Source: Clostridiales bacterium (GTDB lineage: Bacteria > Bacillota > Clostridia > Lachnospirales > Lachnospiraceae). Taken from it: a stretch of 64,000 nt of DNA. The stretch is from the NCBI GenBank assembly GCA_963591655.1, contig CAVATZ010000001.1, forward strand, positions 15,583 to 79,582, in the 5' to 3' direction. The stretch's first letter is position 1, and every line of letters starts with the position of its first letter. Positions 20,044-31,470 of the stretch are shown one piece after another. The position numbers and the translations under genes were made by a program. The notes below the pieces were generated by a model. It did no database searches and was not told where the DNA came from. It worked only from the letters and a program-made list of their open reading frames with translations.

Positions 20044-21594
20044 ATGTTAGCAAAAATAAACAGTGCAGGTATCCACGGCATGAACGGATACCTGGTTTCC
20101 GTGCAGGTAGACGAAAGCAACGGGCTGCCCCGCAACGTCATTGTGGGCAATGTATCCGCCAGCGTCCGAGAAGCCCTGGAGCGCTGTACCGTGGCGCTGA
20201 AAAACGAGCAGTTCTACCTGCCGCCCCGGCGTCTCACCATCAATCTGCAGCCTGCCGACCGCCGCAAGGACGGTACCAGCTTCGATCTGCCCATTCTCAC
20301 CGGCATCCTGCGCTCCAGCGGAGAGCTGCCGGATTTTTCTCTGGATGACTACGGCTTCTTCGGGGAAGTGGGCCTGGACGGACAGATCCGGCATGTTCCC
20401 GGCACGCTCCCCATGGTCACCGCCTTCCGGGAGGCCGGTCTTCGCGGTGCCGTGGTGCCGATGGAGGATGTCCAGGAGGCCCTGGTGGTGGAAAGCATGG
20501 ATATCATCGGGCTCCGCAGTGTGAAGGAACTGCAGGCACTGCTGCAGTCCGAGGAGGACTTCCGCCAATTCCCCCGTCCCAAGGCCGAAAAAAGCACCGT
20601 CAGTGACCATTATGACGTGGACTTCTCCGAAATCCGGGGCCAAAGCTTCGCGGTACGTGCCGCGCTGATCGCAGCCGCCGGCGGCCACAATCTTCTTCTC
20701 TCCGGCACTGCCGGCTCCGGCAAAACCATGATTGCCAAACGCATCCCCACCATTCTGCCGCCGCTGACGCGGGAGGAGAACATCGAAATTACCAAGGTTT
20801 ATTCTGTTGCCGGTCTCCTGCCCAAGGGGCAGGCGCTCTATGACCGCCGGCCCTTCCGAACGCCGCATCACAGTATCACCACCACTGCCCTCATCGGCGG
20901 CTGCACCCAGGGCAGCGTCATGCCCGGCGAAATCAGCCTGGCCTCCGGCGGTGCCCTCTTTCTGGATGAGCTCCCCCTCTTCTCCAAGGCCTCCGTAGAG
21001 GCCCTGCGCCAGCCCATGGAGGATCGGGCCGTCAGCATTAACCGGCTCCAGGGCTCCTTCGTCTATCCCGCAGACTGTATGATCGTGGCCGCCATGAATC
21101 CCTGTCCCTGCGGTTACTTCCCGGACCGCAGCCGCTGTCACTGCACCCCGGGCCAGATCCGTGCCTACCAGCGGGGCATCTCCAAGCCCATTCTGGAGCG
21201 GCTGGACCTCTGCGTGGAGGCTGCGCCTGTTAAATTTGAGGAAATCACGGAAAAAAGCCGGAGCCAAAGCTCGGCGGCATTGCGGGAGCGGGTCTGTCTG
21301 GCCAGAATCCGGCAGCGGGTGCGTTTTCAGGCACTTCCCCATATCCGGGTCAATGCAGAAATGGGCATTCGGGAAATTGAGCGCTTCTGTCGGCTCGGAA
21401 GCCGCGAGCAACAGTTTATGCAGCAGATTTTTACGCTGAAGCAGCTCTCCATGCGCACCTATCACAAGCTTCTGAAGCTGGCGCGCACCATTGCAGATCT
21501 GGAGGAGGCAGAAAATATAGAGATTAAACATCTGTCCGAGGCCGTCAGCTATCGCGGCATCGAGGACCAGCTTTTCGGAAGGGAAAGTCTATGA
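20044..21594 (+). CDS. comM: YifB/ComM Mg-chelatase-like AAA+ ATPase
   Basis: K.G..FDLPI, GGHNLLL.G..GSGKTM, RPFRTPHH, LFLDE, AAMNPCPCG, ARTIADL. Confidence 0.93.
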   Translation: MLAKINSAGIHGMNGYLVSVQVDESNGLPRNVIVGNVSASVREALERCTVALKNEQFYLPPRRLTINLQPADRRKDGTSFDLPILTGILRSSGELPDFSLDDYGFFGEVGLDGQIRHVPGTLPMVTAFREAGLRGAVVPMEDVQEALVVESMDIIGLRSVKELQALLQSEEDFRQFPRPKAEKSTVSDHYDVDFSEIRGQSFAVRAALIAAAGGHNLLLSGTAGSGKTMIAKRIPTILPPLTREENIEITKVYSVAGLLPKGQALYDRRPFRTPHHSITTTALIGGCTQGSVMPGEISLASGGALFLDELPLFSKASVEALRQPMEDRAVSINRLQGSFVYPADCMIVAAMNPCPCGYFPDRSRCHCTPGQIRAYQRGISKPILERLDLCVEAAPVKFEEITEKSRSQSSAALRERVCLARIRQRVRFQALPHIRVNAEMGIREIERFCRLGSREQQFMQQIFTLKQLSMRTYHKLLKLARTIADLEEAENIEIKHLSEAVSYRGIEDQLFGRESL

Positions 21595-22496
21595 CAGCAA
21601 GAGACATTCATATGAAAAACTCCATTCGCGAGCTCACGCCTCTGGATCCGGATTACCCGGAGCGGCTGCGTTATATCCCGAATGCCCCCACTACGCTCTA
21701 CGTGAAGGGAAGTCTTCCGGCGGACGACGTACCGTCTGTGGCCATTATCGGTGCAAGAGATGCCACAGACTACGGTCTGGACATTGCCCGTACCTTCGGG
21801 GCCGGTCTGGCCAGGCAGGGTGTCCTTGTCATCAGCGGCATGGCCTACGGCATCGACTCTGCCGCTCAGAAGGGTGCTGTCGAAGCCGGCGGAAGGACCT
21901 TTGCAGTTCTGGGAAACGGACTGGACATCTGCTATCCCGCCAGCCACTTTCGTCTTTACGAGCAGATTCTGGAAACCGGCGGCGGCATCCTCTCGGAGCT
22001 CCCTCTCGGAAAAGCCCCTCTGCCGCAGCACTTCGCCAGCCGGAACAGGATAATCTCCGGTCTGGCGGATGCCGTGCTGGTCATAGAAGCCAAGCAGCGC
22101 TCCGGTACCTTCATCACTGTGGGCAATGCCTTGGAGCAGGGGAAGCAGATTTTTGCCGTTCCCGGACGCATCACCGACCGTCTCTCCGTCGGCTGCAATC
22201 ACCTGATTCAGGAGGGGGCCTCTCTGCTGACCTCCGTAGAAGAGGTGCTGGAATACCTGCACCTCAGCCGTGACGGCAGACAGCTGCAGCTGGATGTGGA
22301 TCTCGAAAGCCTCTCCGGCCTCCAGCGCAGGGTCTTCGGGGCACTGCAGCCGGAAGCGGAGCATGCAGAGGTGTTGGCCGCAAAAACCGCTTTGCCTGCG
22401 GAGATCCTGTCCTCTACACTGCTGGAGCTGGAAATTCTGGGGCTCTGCGAATGCACCAAAACCGGCTATTATCGGAGGCGCCTGCAGCAGCTGTAG
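21591..22496 (+). CDS. dprA: DNA-processing protein DprA
   Basis: VAIIGAR, ISGMAYGID, RNRIISGL, SGT.IT, FAVPG, GCN.LI; ATGA-coupled to comM. Confidence 0.95.
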   Translation: MTARDIHMKNSIRELTPLDPDYPERLRYIPNAPTTLYVKGSLPADDVPSVAIIGARDATDYGLDIARTFGAGLARQGVLVISGMAYGIDSAAQKGAVEAGGRTFAVLGNGLDICYPASHFRLYEQILETGGGILSELPLGKAPLPQHFASRNRIISGLADAVLVIEAKQRSGTFITVGNALEQGKQIFAVPGRITDRLSVGCNHLIQEGASLLTSVEEVLEYLHLSRDGRQLQLDVDLESLSGLQRRVFGALQPEAEHAEVLAAKTALPAEILSSTLLELEILGLCECTKTGYYRRRLQQL

Positions 22497-22526
22497 CCCC
22501 GCTGCTCCCCGATACTGTCACTCAGA

Positions 22527-23618
22527 TCAGCGAATCCCCGCCTTTTCAAGAAAGCCTGCCGGCAGAAAGCTGCGGAAGCTTTCCGGCGGTTCTGCCCGAA
22601 GACATTTTTCCGATACGGCAGAAAGACTACCTACGAGCTGTGGGAAGTCCAACTCATAAGCATGCAGCAGCTGTCCCCGCAGACCGCATTTTCCCTGCCA
22701 GTAACGATTCTCGGCCGCATTTCCGTATTTCGGGTCCCCCAGGATGGGATGCCCGATGGAGGAAAGATGGGCGCGAATCTGATGCGTTTTTCCGGTGATG
22801 AGGTGCACCCGCAGTACAGTATAGGCATGCTTCCCCTCAGAGATATAAAGCGGTTCATAGGCCGTTTCAATGGGCGCTGCATCCTCTGCCGCCCGCGCTG
22901 TGATCCGCACCTGGTTCCGGGCCGTATCCTTCGTAAGGAAGCCGCTGATCTGCCTGGGCTCCCGAAGGACGCCGCTGACCACCGCCAGGTAATACTTGCG
23001 CAGGCTTCTCTCCCGGAGGAGCACCGCCAGCGCCTGCAGGGCCGGCAGCGTTTTTCCGAAAATCAGAAGTCCCGAGGTGTTGCGGTCCAGCCGATTGGCA
23101 ATGGAAGGCTTAAAGGTTCGAAGCTGTGCCGCATCCAGCTGGCCGCTGGCGATCAGATAAGAAAGGCACAGCTCATTGGCCGACACCAGACCGCTGCCGT
23201 CGCTTTGCGAAAGCCAGCCCGCCTTTTTGTTGATGAGCAGAAGCTGCGCATCCTCATAGACAATTCTGTTTTCAAGAGCCTTTGCCGGTTCATCCTTTCG
23301 CGCTGCAGATTTCTGCTTTTTCTCATTGTCACCGGCACCGGATTTTTCCGCCTTTCGCCCAGACGACTTCTGCTCCGACGAAACGCCGACCTCCCGGCTG
23401 CCGGTCATCAATGCGAAGGTTTCCTCCGAGAAATACAGCTTCACAGAATCCCCCTCTGCAAGGATTTCCTTTCCCTCTGCCTTCCGGTCATTCAAAACAA
23501 TGTTTTTCTTCCGAAGCATCTTGTAGATGAAGCTGGCCTGCGCTTCCTTCAGGTATTTCTTCAGCAGCTTATCCAGACGCTGACCGGCTTCGTTCATGCC
23601 GACCCTTATTTCCCGCAT
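22527..23618 (-). CDS. RluA family 23S rRNA pseudouridine synthase with S4 domain
   Basis: GQRLDK.L, NRLDRNTSG, TGKTHQIRAH, HPILGD.KYG, LHA. Confidence 0.93.
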   Translation of the reverse strand: MREIRVGMNEAGQRLDKLLKKYLKEAQASFIYKMLRKKNIVLNDRKAEGKEILAEGDSVKLYFSEETFALMTGSREVGVSSEQKSSGRKAEKSGAGDNEKKQKSAARKDEPAKALENRIVYEDAQLLLINKKAGWLSQSDGSGLVSANELCLSYLIASGQLDAAQLRTFKPSIANRLDRNTSGLLIFGKTLPALQALAVLLRERSLRKYYLAVVSGVLREPRQISGFLTKDTARNQVRITARAAEDAAPIETAYEPLYISEGKHAYTVLRVHLITGKTHQIRAHLSSIGHPILGDPKYGNAAENRYWQGKCGLRGQLLHAYELDFPQLVGSLSAVSEKCLRAEPPESFRSFLPAGFLEKAGIR

Positions 23619-24406
23619 TTCTTCTCTCCCTTCGAGAGTGCATTGAGGCTCGCTTCCGCATGCAGCAGCCAGGCGTGCGGCAGCAGCTTTGTCAGCCCCC
23701 GGAACAGCTTCATGCCCATGCCGTATACGGAAAGCTCCTTTCCGCAGACACTGTCCATCAGGGCCTGCTTCACCACCTTCCTGCAATCGGCCATAAAGAG
23801 ATACTTGTAAACCGGAATCCGTCCGTTGCGCTCCGCCAGATCAAAAAACTCTGTCTTCACCGGTCCCGGACAAACCGCCAGTACCCGGCAGTCTCTGCTG
23901 TCGGTGCGCAGCTCCTGATTCAGGGCCCGGGAAAAGCTCAGCACATAGCTCTTGCTCGCAGCATAAACCGCAAAGTCCGCCTGGGGCAGAAAGGCAGCGC
24001 TGGAGGCAAAGTTGATGATCCGGGACTTCTCCGCCATATAGGGAAGCGACAAACGGCAAAGGGCTGTCAGGGCACGCACATTCAGATCAATCATATTGGT
24101 CTGCTCCGCACAGGACAGGGTATCCACCCGGCCGATGCTGCCGAAGCCGGCTCCATTCACAAGAAAGACGATTTCCGGCTTTTCTGCCTGCAGCAGACCC
24201 GCATACTCCTCCAGAGCCCGCGCCTCCAGAAGATCCAGCGGCAGGATGCGCGTCCGCTTCGTCAGCTGCCGGTCCAGGATCTGCAGTCTTTCCTTTCTGC
24301 GGCCGATGAGCCACAGCTCCTCCACATTGGGAATCCGGTCGTTGATCTGCAGGGCCATCTCCCGCCCCATACCGGAGCTCGCCCCTGTAATGACAGCAAT
24401 TTTCAT
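23606..24406 (-). CDS. SDR family oxidoreductase
   Basis: ITGASSGMG, NGAGFG, YAASK. Confidence 0.92.
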   Translation of the reverse strand: MKIAVITGASSGMGREMALQINDRIPNVEELWLIGRRKERLQILDRQLTKRTRILPLDLLEARALEEYAGLLQAEKPEIVFLVNGAGFGSIGRVDTLSCAEQTNMIDLNVRALTALCRLSLPYMAEKSRIINFASSAAFLPQADFAVYAASKSYVLSFSRALNQELRTDSRDCRVLAVCPGPVKTEFFDLAERNGRIPVYKYLFMADCRKVVKQALMDSVCGKELSVYGMGMKLFRGLTKLLPHAWLLHAEASLNALSKGEKKCGK

Positions 24407-24505
24407 AGCGTACCTCCCTCATTGTTTGACCTAATTCATTCGAAGATGCACCTACTTAGCACCGTATCTCTGCATCGTAAAACAATGCTGTGCTAAACAA
24501 TTACC

Positions 24506-24541
24506 AAAAAAGCCCTACCGTCTCAGACGGGAGGGCTTTTT
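24506..24541. terminator. Bidirectional terminator-like hairpin
   Basis: aaaaaagccctaccgtc-tca-gacgggagggcttttt. Confidence 0.7.
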
Positions 24542-24546
24542 ATACC

Positions 24547-24704
24547 GCCGATTCATCTCGAGCCTGTAGCTCTCGATGAACTTGTCTACGACAAGCATGC
24601 ATCAGAGATGCATGTCAGATCGCTTCGAAGTTTGCCTGATGCAAACTTCTCCGCTCGTGCAGCCCTCTGCGCGGCGTAAAGGAGGAGCGGCGAAGCGCAT
24701 CGGC
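24547..24704. other. Multi-hairpin structured intergenic element of unknown type
   Basis: Closing stem GCCGAT/ATCGGC encloses abutting hairpins TTCATC..GATGAA, CTTGTC/GACAAG, CATGCATC/GATGCATG and a branched arm CGCTTCG/CGAAGCG. Confidence 0.65.
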
Positions 24705-24715
24705 CCCTTTTTTGT

Positions 24716-24746
24716 AAAAAAAAGAGTCGACCTGCGAAGCCGACTC
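24716..24746 (-). terminator. Terminator after tRNA-Leu
   Basis: GAGTCGGC..GTCGACTC stem followed by T8. Confidence 0.85.
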
Positions 24747-24754
24747 CGACGTAA

Positions 24755-24838
24755 TGCGGGAGATGGGACTTGAACCCACACGTCTATACAGACACAAGAT
24801 CCTTAGTCTTGCCTGTCTGCCAATTCCAGCACTCCCGC
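24755..24838 (-). tRNA. tRNA-Leu, anticodon AAG
   Basis: GCGGGAG/CTCCCGC acceptor stem; D loop GGAATTGGCAGAC; CAAGA-CTAAGGA-TCTTG anticodon arm; long variable arm; GTTCAAGTC; CCA not encoded. Confidence 0.95.
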
Positions 24839-24907
24839 GCGACAGGTGATATAATACCACCTGTTTTCATGAAAATCAAGAGAAAAATAAAGTTTTTTCT
24901 TTTGCTC

Positions 24908-25885
24908 TTATCTTACCAGCACATTGGCGATCCGGTACTGCTCCTCCGGAATATCCTTCGTCATCTGCAGGGCCTCCTGGATATCGTAGTCCACAAACTC
25001 GCCATGCTTGTACGCCACCAGACGATTGGACTTGCCCTCTGCCAGCAGCTCTGCAGCCCGGGCACCCATGATGGAGGCGTAGAAGCGATCCTTACAGGTC
25101 GGTGAACCGCCGCGCTGCATGTGTCCCAGAATGGTGGCTCTGGTCTCAATGCCGGTGGCTGCTTCGATACGCTTGCCCATAGAGGTGGAATGACCGATAC
25201 CCTCGGCATTCACAATGATATAGTGCTTCTTGCCGCGCTTTCTGGATTCAATGATCCGGTTGATGATGGCCTGCTCATCGCCGTCATAGCGCTCCGGCAG
25301 CAGGATCTCCTCTGCACCGTTGGCAACGCCGCACCAGAGTGCGATATAACCGGCTCTTCTGCCCATTACCTCGATGATGGAGCAACGCTCGTGGGAGGTT
25401 GATGTATCACGGATCTTGTCAATGGCCTGCATTGCCGTGTTGATGGAGGTATCAAAGCCGATGGTGTAATCCGTGCAGGCGATATCCAGATCTATGGTGC
25501 CCGGCACACCGATGGTGTTGATGCCCAGAGCAGAAAGCTTTCCGGCACCGCGGAAGGAGCCGTCACCGCCGATGATGACAATGCCGTCAATGCCGTGCTT
25601 CCGGCAGATCTCCGCACCCTTCTTCTGTCCCTCCGGTGTGGTGAACTCCTTGCAGCGGGCAGTATAAAGAATGGTACCGCCGCGACTGATGATATCTGAA
25701 ACAGAGGAGGTATCCATATCCACAATCTCCTCCTCCAGGAGTCCTGCATAGCCCCGCATGATTCCCTTTACCTTGAGTCCATGATGGATTGCCGTTCTGA
25801 CCACGCTACGAATTGCTGCATTCATTCCCGGTGCGTCTCCTCCAGAAGTCAGCACAGCGATAGTTTTTACAGATTTAGCAGCCAT
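24908..25885 (-). CDS. pfkA: ATP-dependent 6-phosphofructokinase
   Basis: LTSGGDAPGMNAAIR, IGGDGS, PGTID, EVMGR, LGHMQRGG. Confidence 0.98.
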   Translation of the reverse strand: MAAKSVKTIAVLTSGGDAPGMNAAIRSVVRTAIHHGLKVKGIMRGYAGLLEEEIVDMDTSSVSDIISRGGTILYTARCKEFTTPEGQKKGAEICRKHGIDGIVIIGGDGSFRGAGKLSALGINTIGVPGTIDLDIACTDYTIGFDTSINTAMQAIDKIRDTSTSHERCSIIEVMGRRAGYIALWCGVANGAEEILLPERYDGDEQAIINRIIESRKRGKKHYIIVNAEGIGHSTSMGKRIEAATGIETRATILGHMQRGGSPTCKDRFYASIMGARAAELLAEGKSNRLVAYKHGEFVDYDIQEALQMTKDIPEEQYRIANVLVR

Positions 25886-25985
25886 ATATTTGTCCTCCGA
25901 TGTAATAGATTCTTCTTTTTGCAGCCATAAGTTTACCGCAGTTTTGTTCTTTTCTCAAGACATTTCGTGAAGTTTTTCACGAACT

Positions 25986-29468
<3,483 letters not shown>

Positions 29469-29490
29469 TCCTGTGCGTTCCTCCCTATAA

Positions 29491-29586
29491 GTAGAAGGCT
29501 TTGCTATTCGCAAAGCCTTTTATACGCTCGCCGCTAAGGCATCCACCGGGTGCCCGTAAGCGAAGCTTCCGCTCAACCCGGTGGAT
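29491..29586. repeat. REP-like hairpin copy 2 (GTAG-led) plus an adjacent 11-bp inverted repeat
   Basis: gtagaaggctttgctattcgcaaagccttttatacg matches 6302-6335; ATCCACCGGGT (29541-51)/ACCCGGTGGAT (29576-86). Confidence 0.72.
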
Positions 29587-29593
29587 TACATAC

Positions 29594-29624
29594 AAAAAGG
29601 AGCACCTGATTTCTCAGGCGCTCC
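29594..29624 (-). terminator. Terminator after the HPr-like gene
   Basis: GGAGCGCCTGAG-AAA-TCAGGTGCTCC followed by TTTTT. Confidence 0.8.
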
Positions 29625-29641
29625 GCAAAATCCTGTTAGAC

Positions 29642-29908
29642 TCAGTTTGCACTTGCCTCTCCGCGGAGATAAGCGCCGAGGGCCGTCAGGGCAGCCTCCT
29701 CATCGTCTCCGTCAGCCGAAAGCTGCAGCTCTGTTCCGTTGCTGATGCCCAGCGCCATCATTCCCATAATGGACTTGGCATTCACCTTTCTGCTGCCCTC
29801 CGCCATATAAATCCGTGAATTGTATCTGCTGGCAATCTGCACCAGCATCGCCACCGGATGGTCATCCGACTTCTTCGGCAAATTCACAACAACACTTGCA
29901 TCTTTCAT
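29642..29908 (-). CDS. HPr-family protein lacking His15 (Crh-like)
   Basis: 88 aa; NAKS46IMG conserved; D15-D16-H17-P18 in place of H-A-R-P. Confidence 0.9.
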   Translation of the reverse strand: MKDASVVVNLPKKSDDHPVAMLVQIASRYNSRIYMAEGSRKVNAKSIMGMMALGISNGTELQLSADGDDEEAALTALGAYLRGEASAN

Positions 29909-29922
29909 AACAGCTCCTCCAT

Positions 29923-30600
29923 TTATTGCTGCGCATTACCTGCTTCCTCCCGCAGTCTGTCTGCGATCCGGGACAGCTTCCTCATTCTGTGGTTGGCTCC
30001 GCTCTTTCCGATGGGGGGATGCAGACCAGCCGCCAGCTCCTCCAATGAGGCATCCTGATTTTTCATCCGCGCCTCTGCAATCTCACGCAAGCCCTCATCC
30101 AGACTGTCCAGCCCCAGCCGCTCCGAAATCAGAAGAATATCCTCCATTTGCCGTACACTGGCATGTACCGTTCGGTTAATGTTGGCTGTTTCGAAGTTTA
30201 CGCGTCGATTGACATTTTCACTGACCTCCTTCAGAATGCGCACATTCTCGAAGTCCATCAATGCATTGTGAGCGCCGATGATGTTCAGAACATCTGCGAT
30301 CTCCGAGGCATCCTTCAGGTAAACAAGCTGATGCTTTCCGCGCTCCGTCAGCTTCGGATGCAGGGAAAAGGCCTCCAGCTTCTCTGCCGTTTCCCGGGCT
30401 TCCTCTCGGCTTCTGCAGATGAATTCCAGATGGTAATCCTTATTCGGATCCGTGACAGATCCGTTTTCCAAAAACTTACATTGAAGCGCATACCTGTACA
30501 TTTCCAGGCGCGCCTCATCGGCACTTATGTTAATCGGTTTTTCAGGGCTTGTAAAGTCCTTTTTTAAAAGTTCATTCTTAACGTCTCTCGAAAATGACAT
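29923..30600 (-). CDS. whiA: WhiA DNA-binding protein, short form
   Basis: MSFS..VK.EL start; GSVTDP...YHLEF; VNRRVNFETAN; KSG.NHRMRK; 225 aa. Confidence 0.9.
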   Translation of the reverse strand: MSFSRDVKNELLKKDFTSPEKPINISADEARLEMYRYALQCKFLENGSVTDPNKDYHLEFICRSREEARETAEKLEAFSLHPKLTERGKHQLVYLKDASEIADVLNIIGAHNALMDFENVRILKEVSENVNRRVNFETANINRTVHASVRQMEDILLISERLGLDSLDEGLREIAEARMKNQDASLEELAAGLHPPIGKSGANHRMRKLSRIADRLREEAGNAQQ

Positions 30601-30606
30601 GACACC

Positions 30607-31470
30607 TCATCTTTCGATATCCCTGTGGTCGATCCGCAGCCCGTAATCGGCATGCTCCCGCAGACGCCGGTACAGTAGCTCGGCAATCGTGACCGAGCGG
30701 TGCTTTCCCCCGGTGCAGCCGATGCCGATGACCAGCTGATTTTTTCCTTCCTCAATATAATGGGGAATCAGGAAAGTCAGCATGTCATAGAGCTTGGTCA
30801 GGAAGGTCTCCGCTACACCATCCTGCCGCACATAGGACTGCACGCTTTCCTCCAGCCCCGTATGACTCCGCAGCTCCTGCACATAATAGGGATTCGGCAG
30901 AAAACGGACATCAAACAGCAGATCCGCATCCTCGGGAATGCCGTACTTAAAGCCGAAGGAAAGAATCGTCACCTGCAGGTTCTCATACTCCCGGTTTTTC
31001 AGGAAAATGTCGGCGAGCTGACGGCGGAGCTCCTTGGTCAGCAGCCGTGAGGTATCGATGATCACATCCGCCCGTTCCTTCAGCCAGAGCAGTGCCTGCC
31101 GCTCCGCCTGGATGCCGGTTTCCACCCGTCCGTCCTTGGACAGCGGATGTGCTCTGCGTGTTTCCTTGAAGCGCTTGATCAGCACCTCGTCCGAGGCGTC
31201 CAGGAACAGCAGCTCATAATCCACTCTGCCCCGGATATCCCAGTCATCGAAAACCTCCCGCAGCGCCGGAAGATCGCTGCCGGAGCGAATGTCAATGCCC
31301 AGGGCAGCATTTCTGCTGCTGCTTTTTCCTTCCAGAAAAAGCTCTGCAAATTTTCCGATCAGCGGAATCGGCAGATTGTCCGCGCAGTAATATCCCATAT
31401 CCTCCAGGGCCTTCAGGGCAATGGTTTTTCCTGCGCCGCTCATACCTGTTACAATCAGAAGCTTCCCCAA
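30607..31470 (-). CDS. rapZ: RNase adapter RapZ/YvcJ P-loop protein
   Basis: TGMSGAGKT, ETRR.HP, SFGFKYG, DVRFLPNP, GCTGGKHRSV; TTG start overlapping murB. Confidence 0.96.
   Translation of the reverse strand: MGKLLIVTGMSGAGKTIALKALEDMGYYCADNLPIPLIGKFAELFLEGKSSSRNAALGIDIRSGSDLPALREVFDDWDIRGRVDYELLFLDASDEVLIKRFKETRRAHPLSKDGRVETGIQAERQALLWLKERADVIIDTSRLLTKELRRQLADIFLKNREYENLQVTILSFGFKYGIPEDADLLFDVRFLPNPYYVQELRSHTGLEESVQSYVRQDGVAETFLTKLYDMLTFLIPHYIEEGKNQLVIGIGCTGGKHRSVTIAELLYRRLREHADYGLRIDHRDIER

Noticed and set aside
24547..24704. CRISPR array or a known RNA (tmRNA, SRP, 6S, T-box)
   Set aside because: The hairpins differ in sequence and have no spacers; no diagnostic motifs recognised; no cas genes.
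24576..24860. Short ORFs over the tRNA-Leu region (likewise 41084-41311 over tRNA-Thr)
   Set aside because: They overlap tRNAs and terminators and have no coding features.
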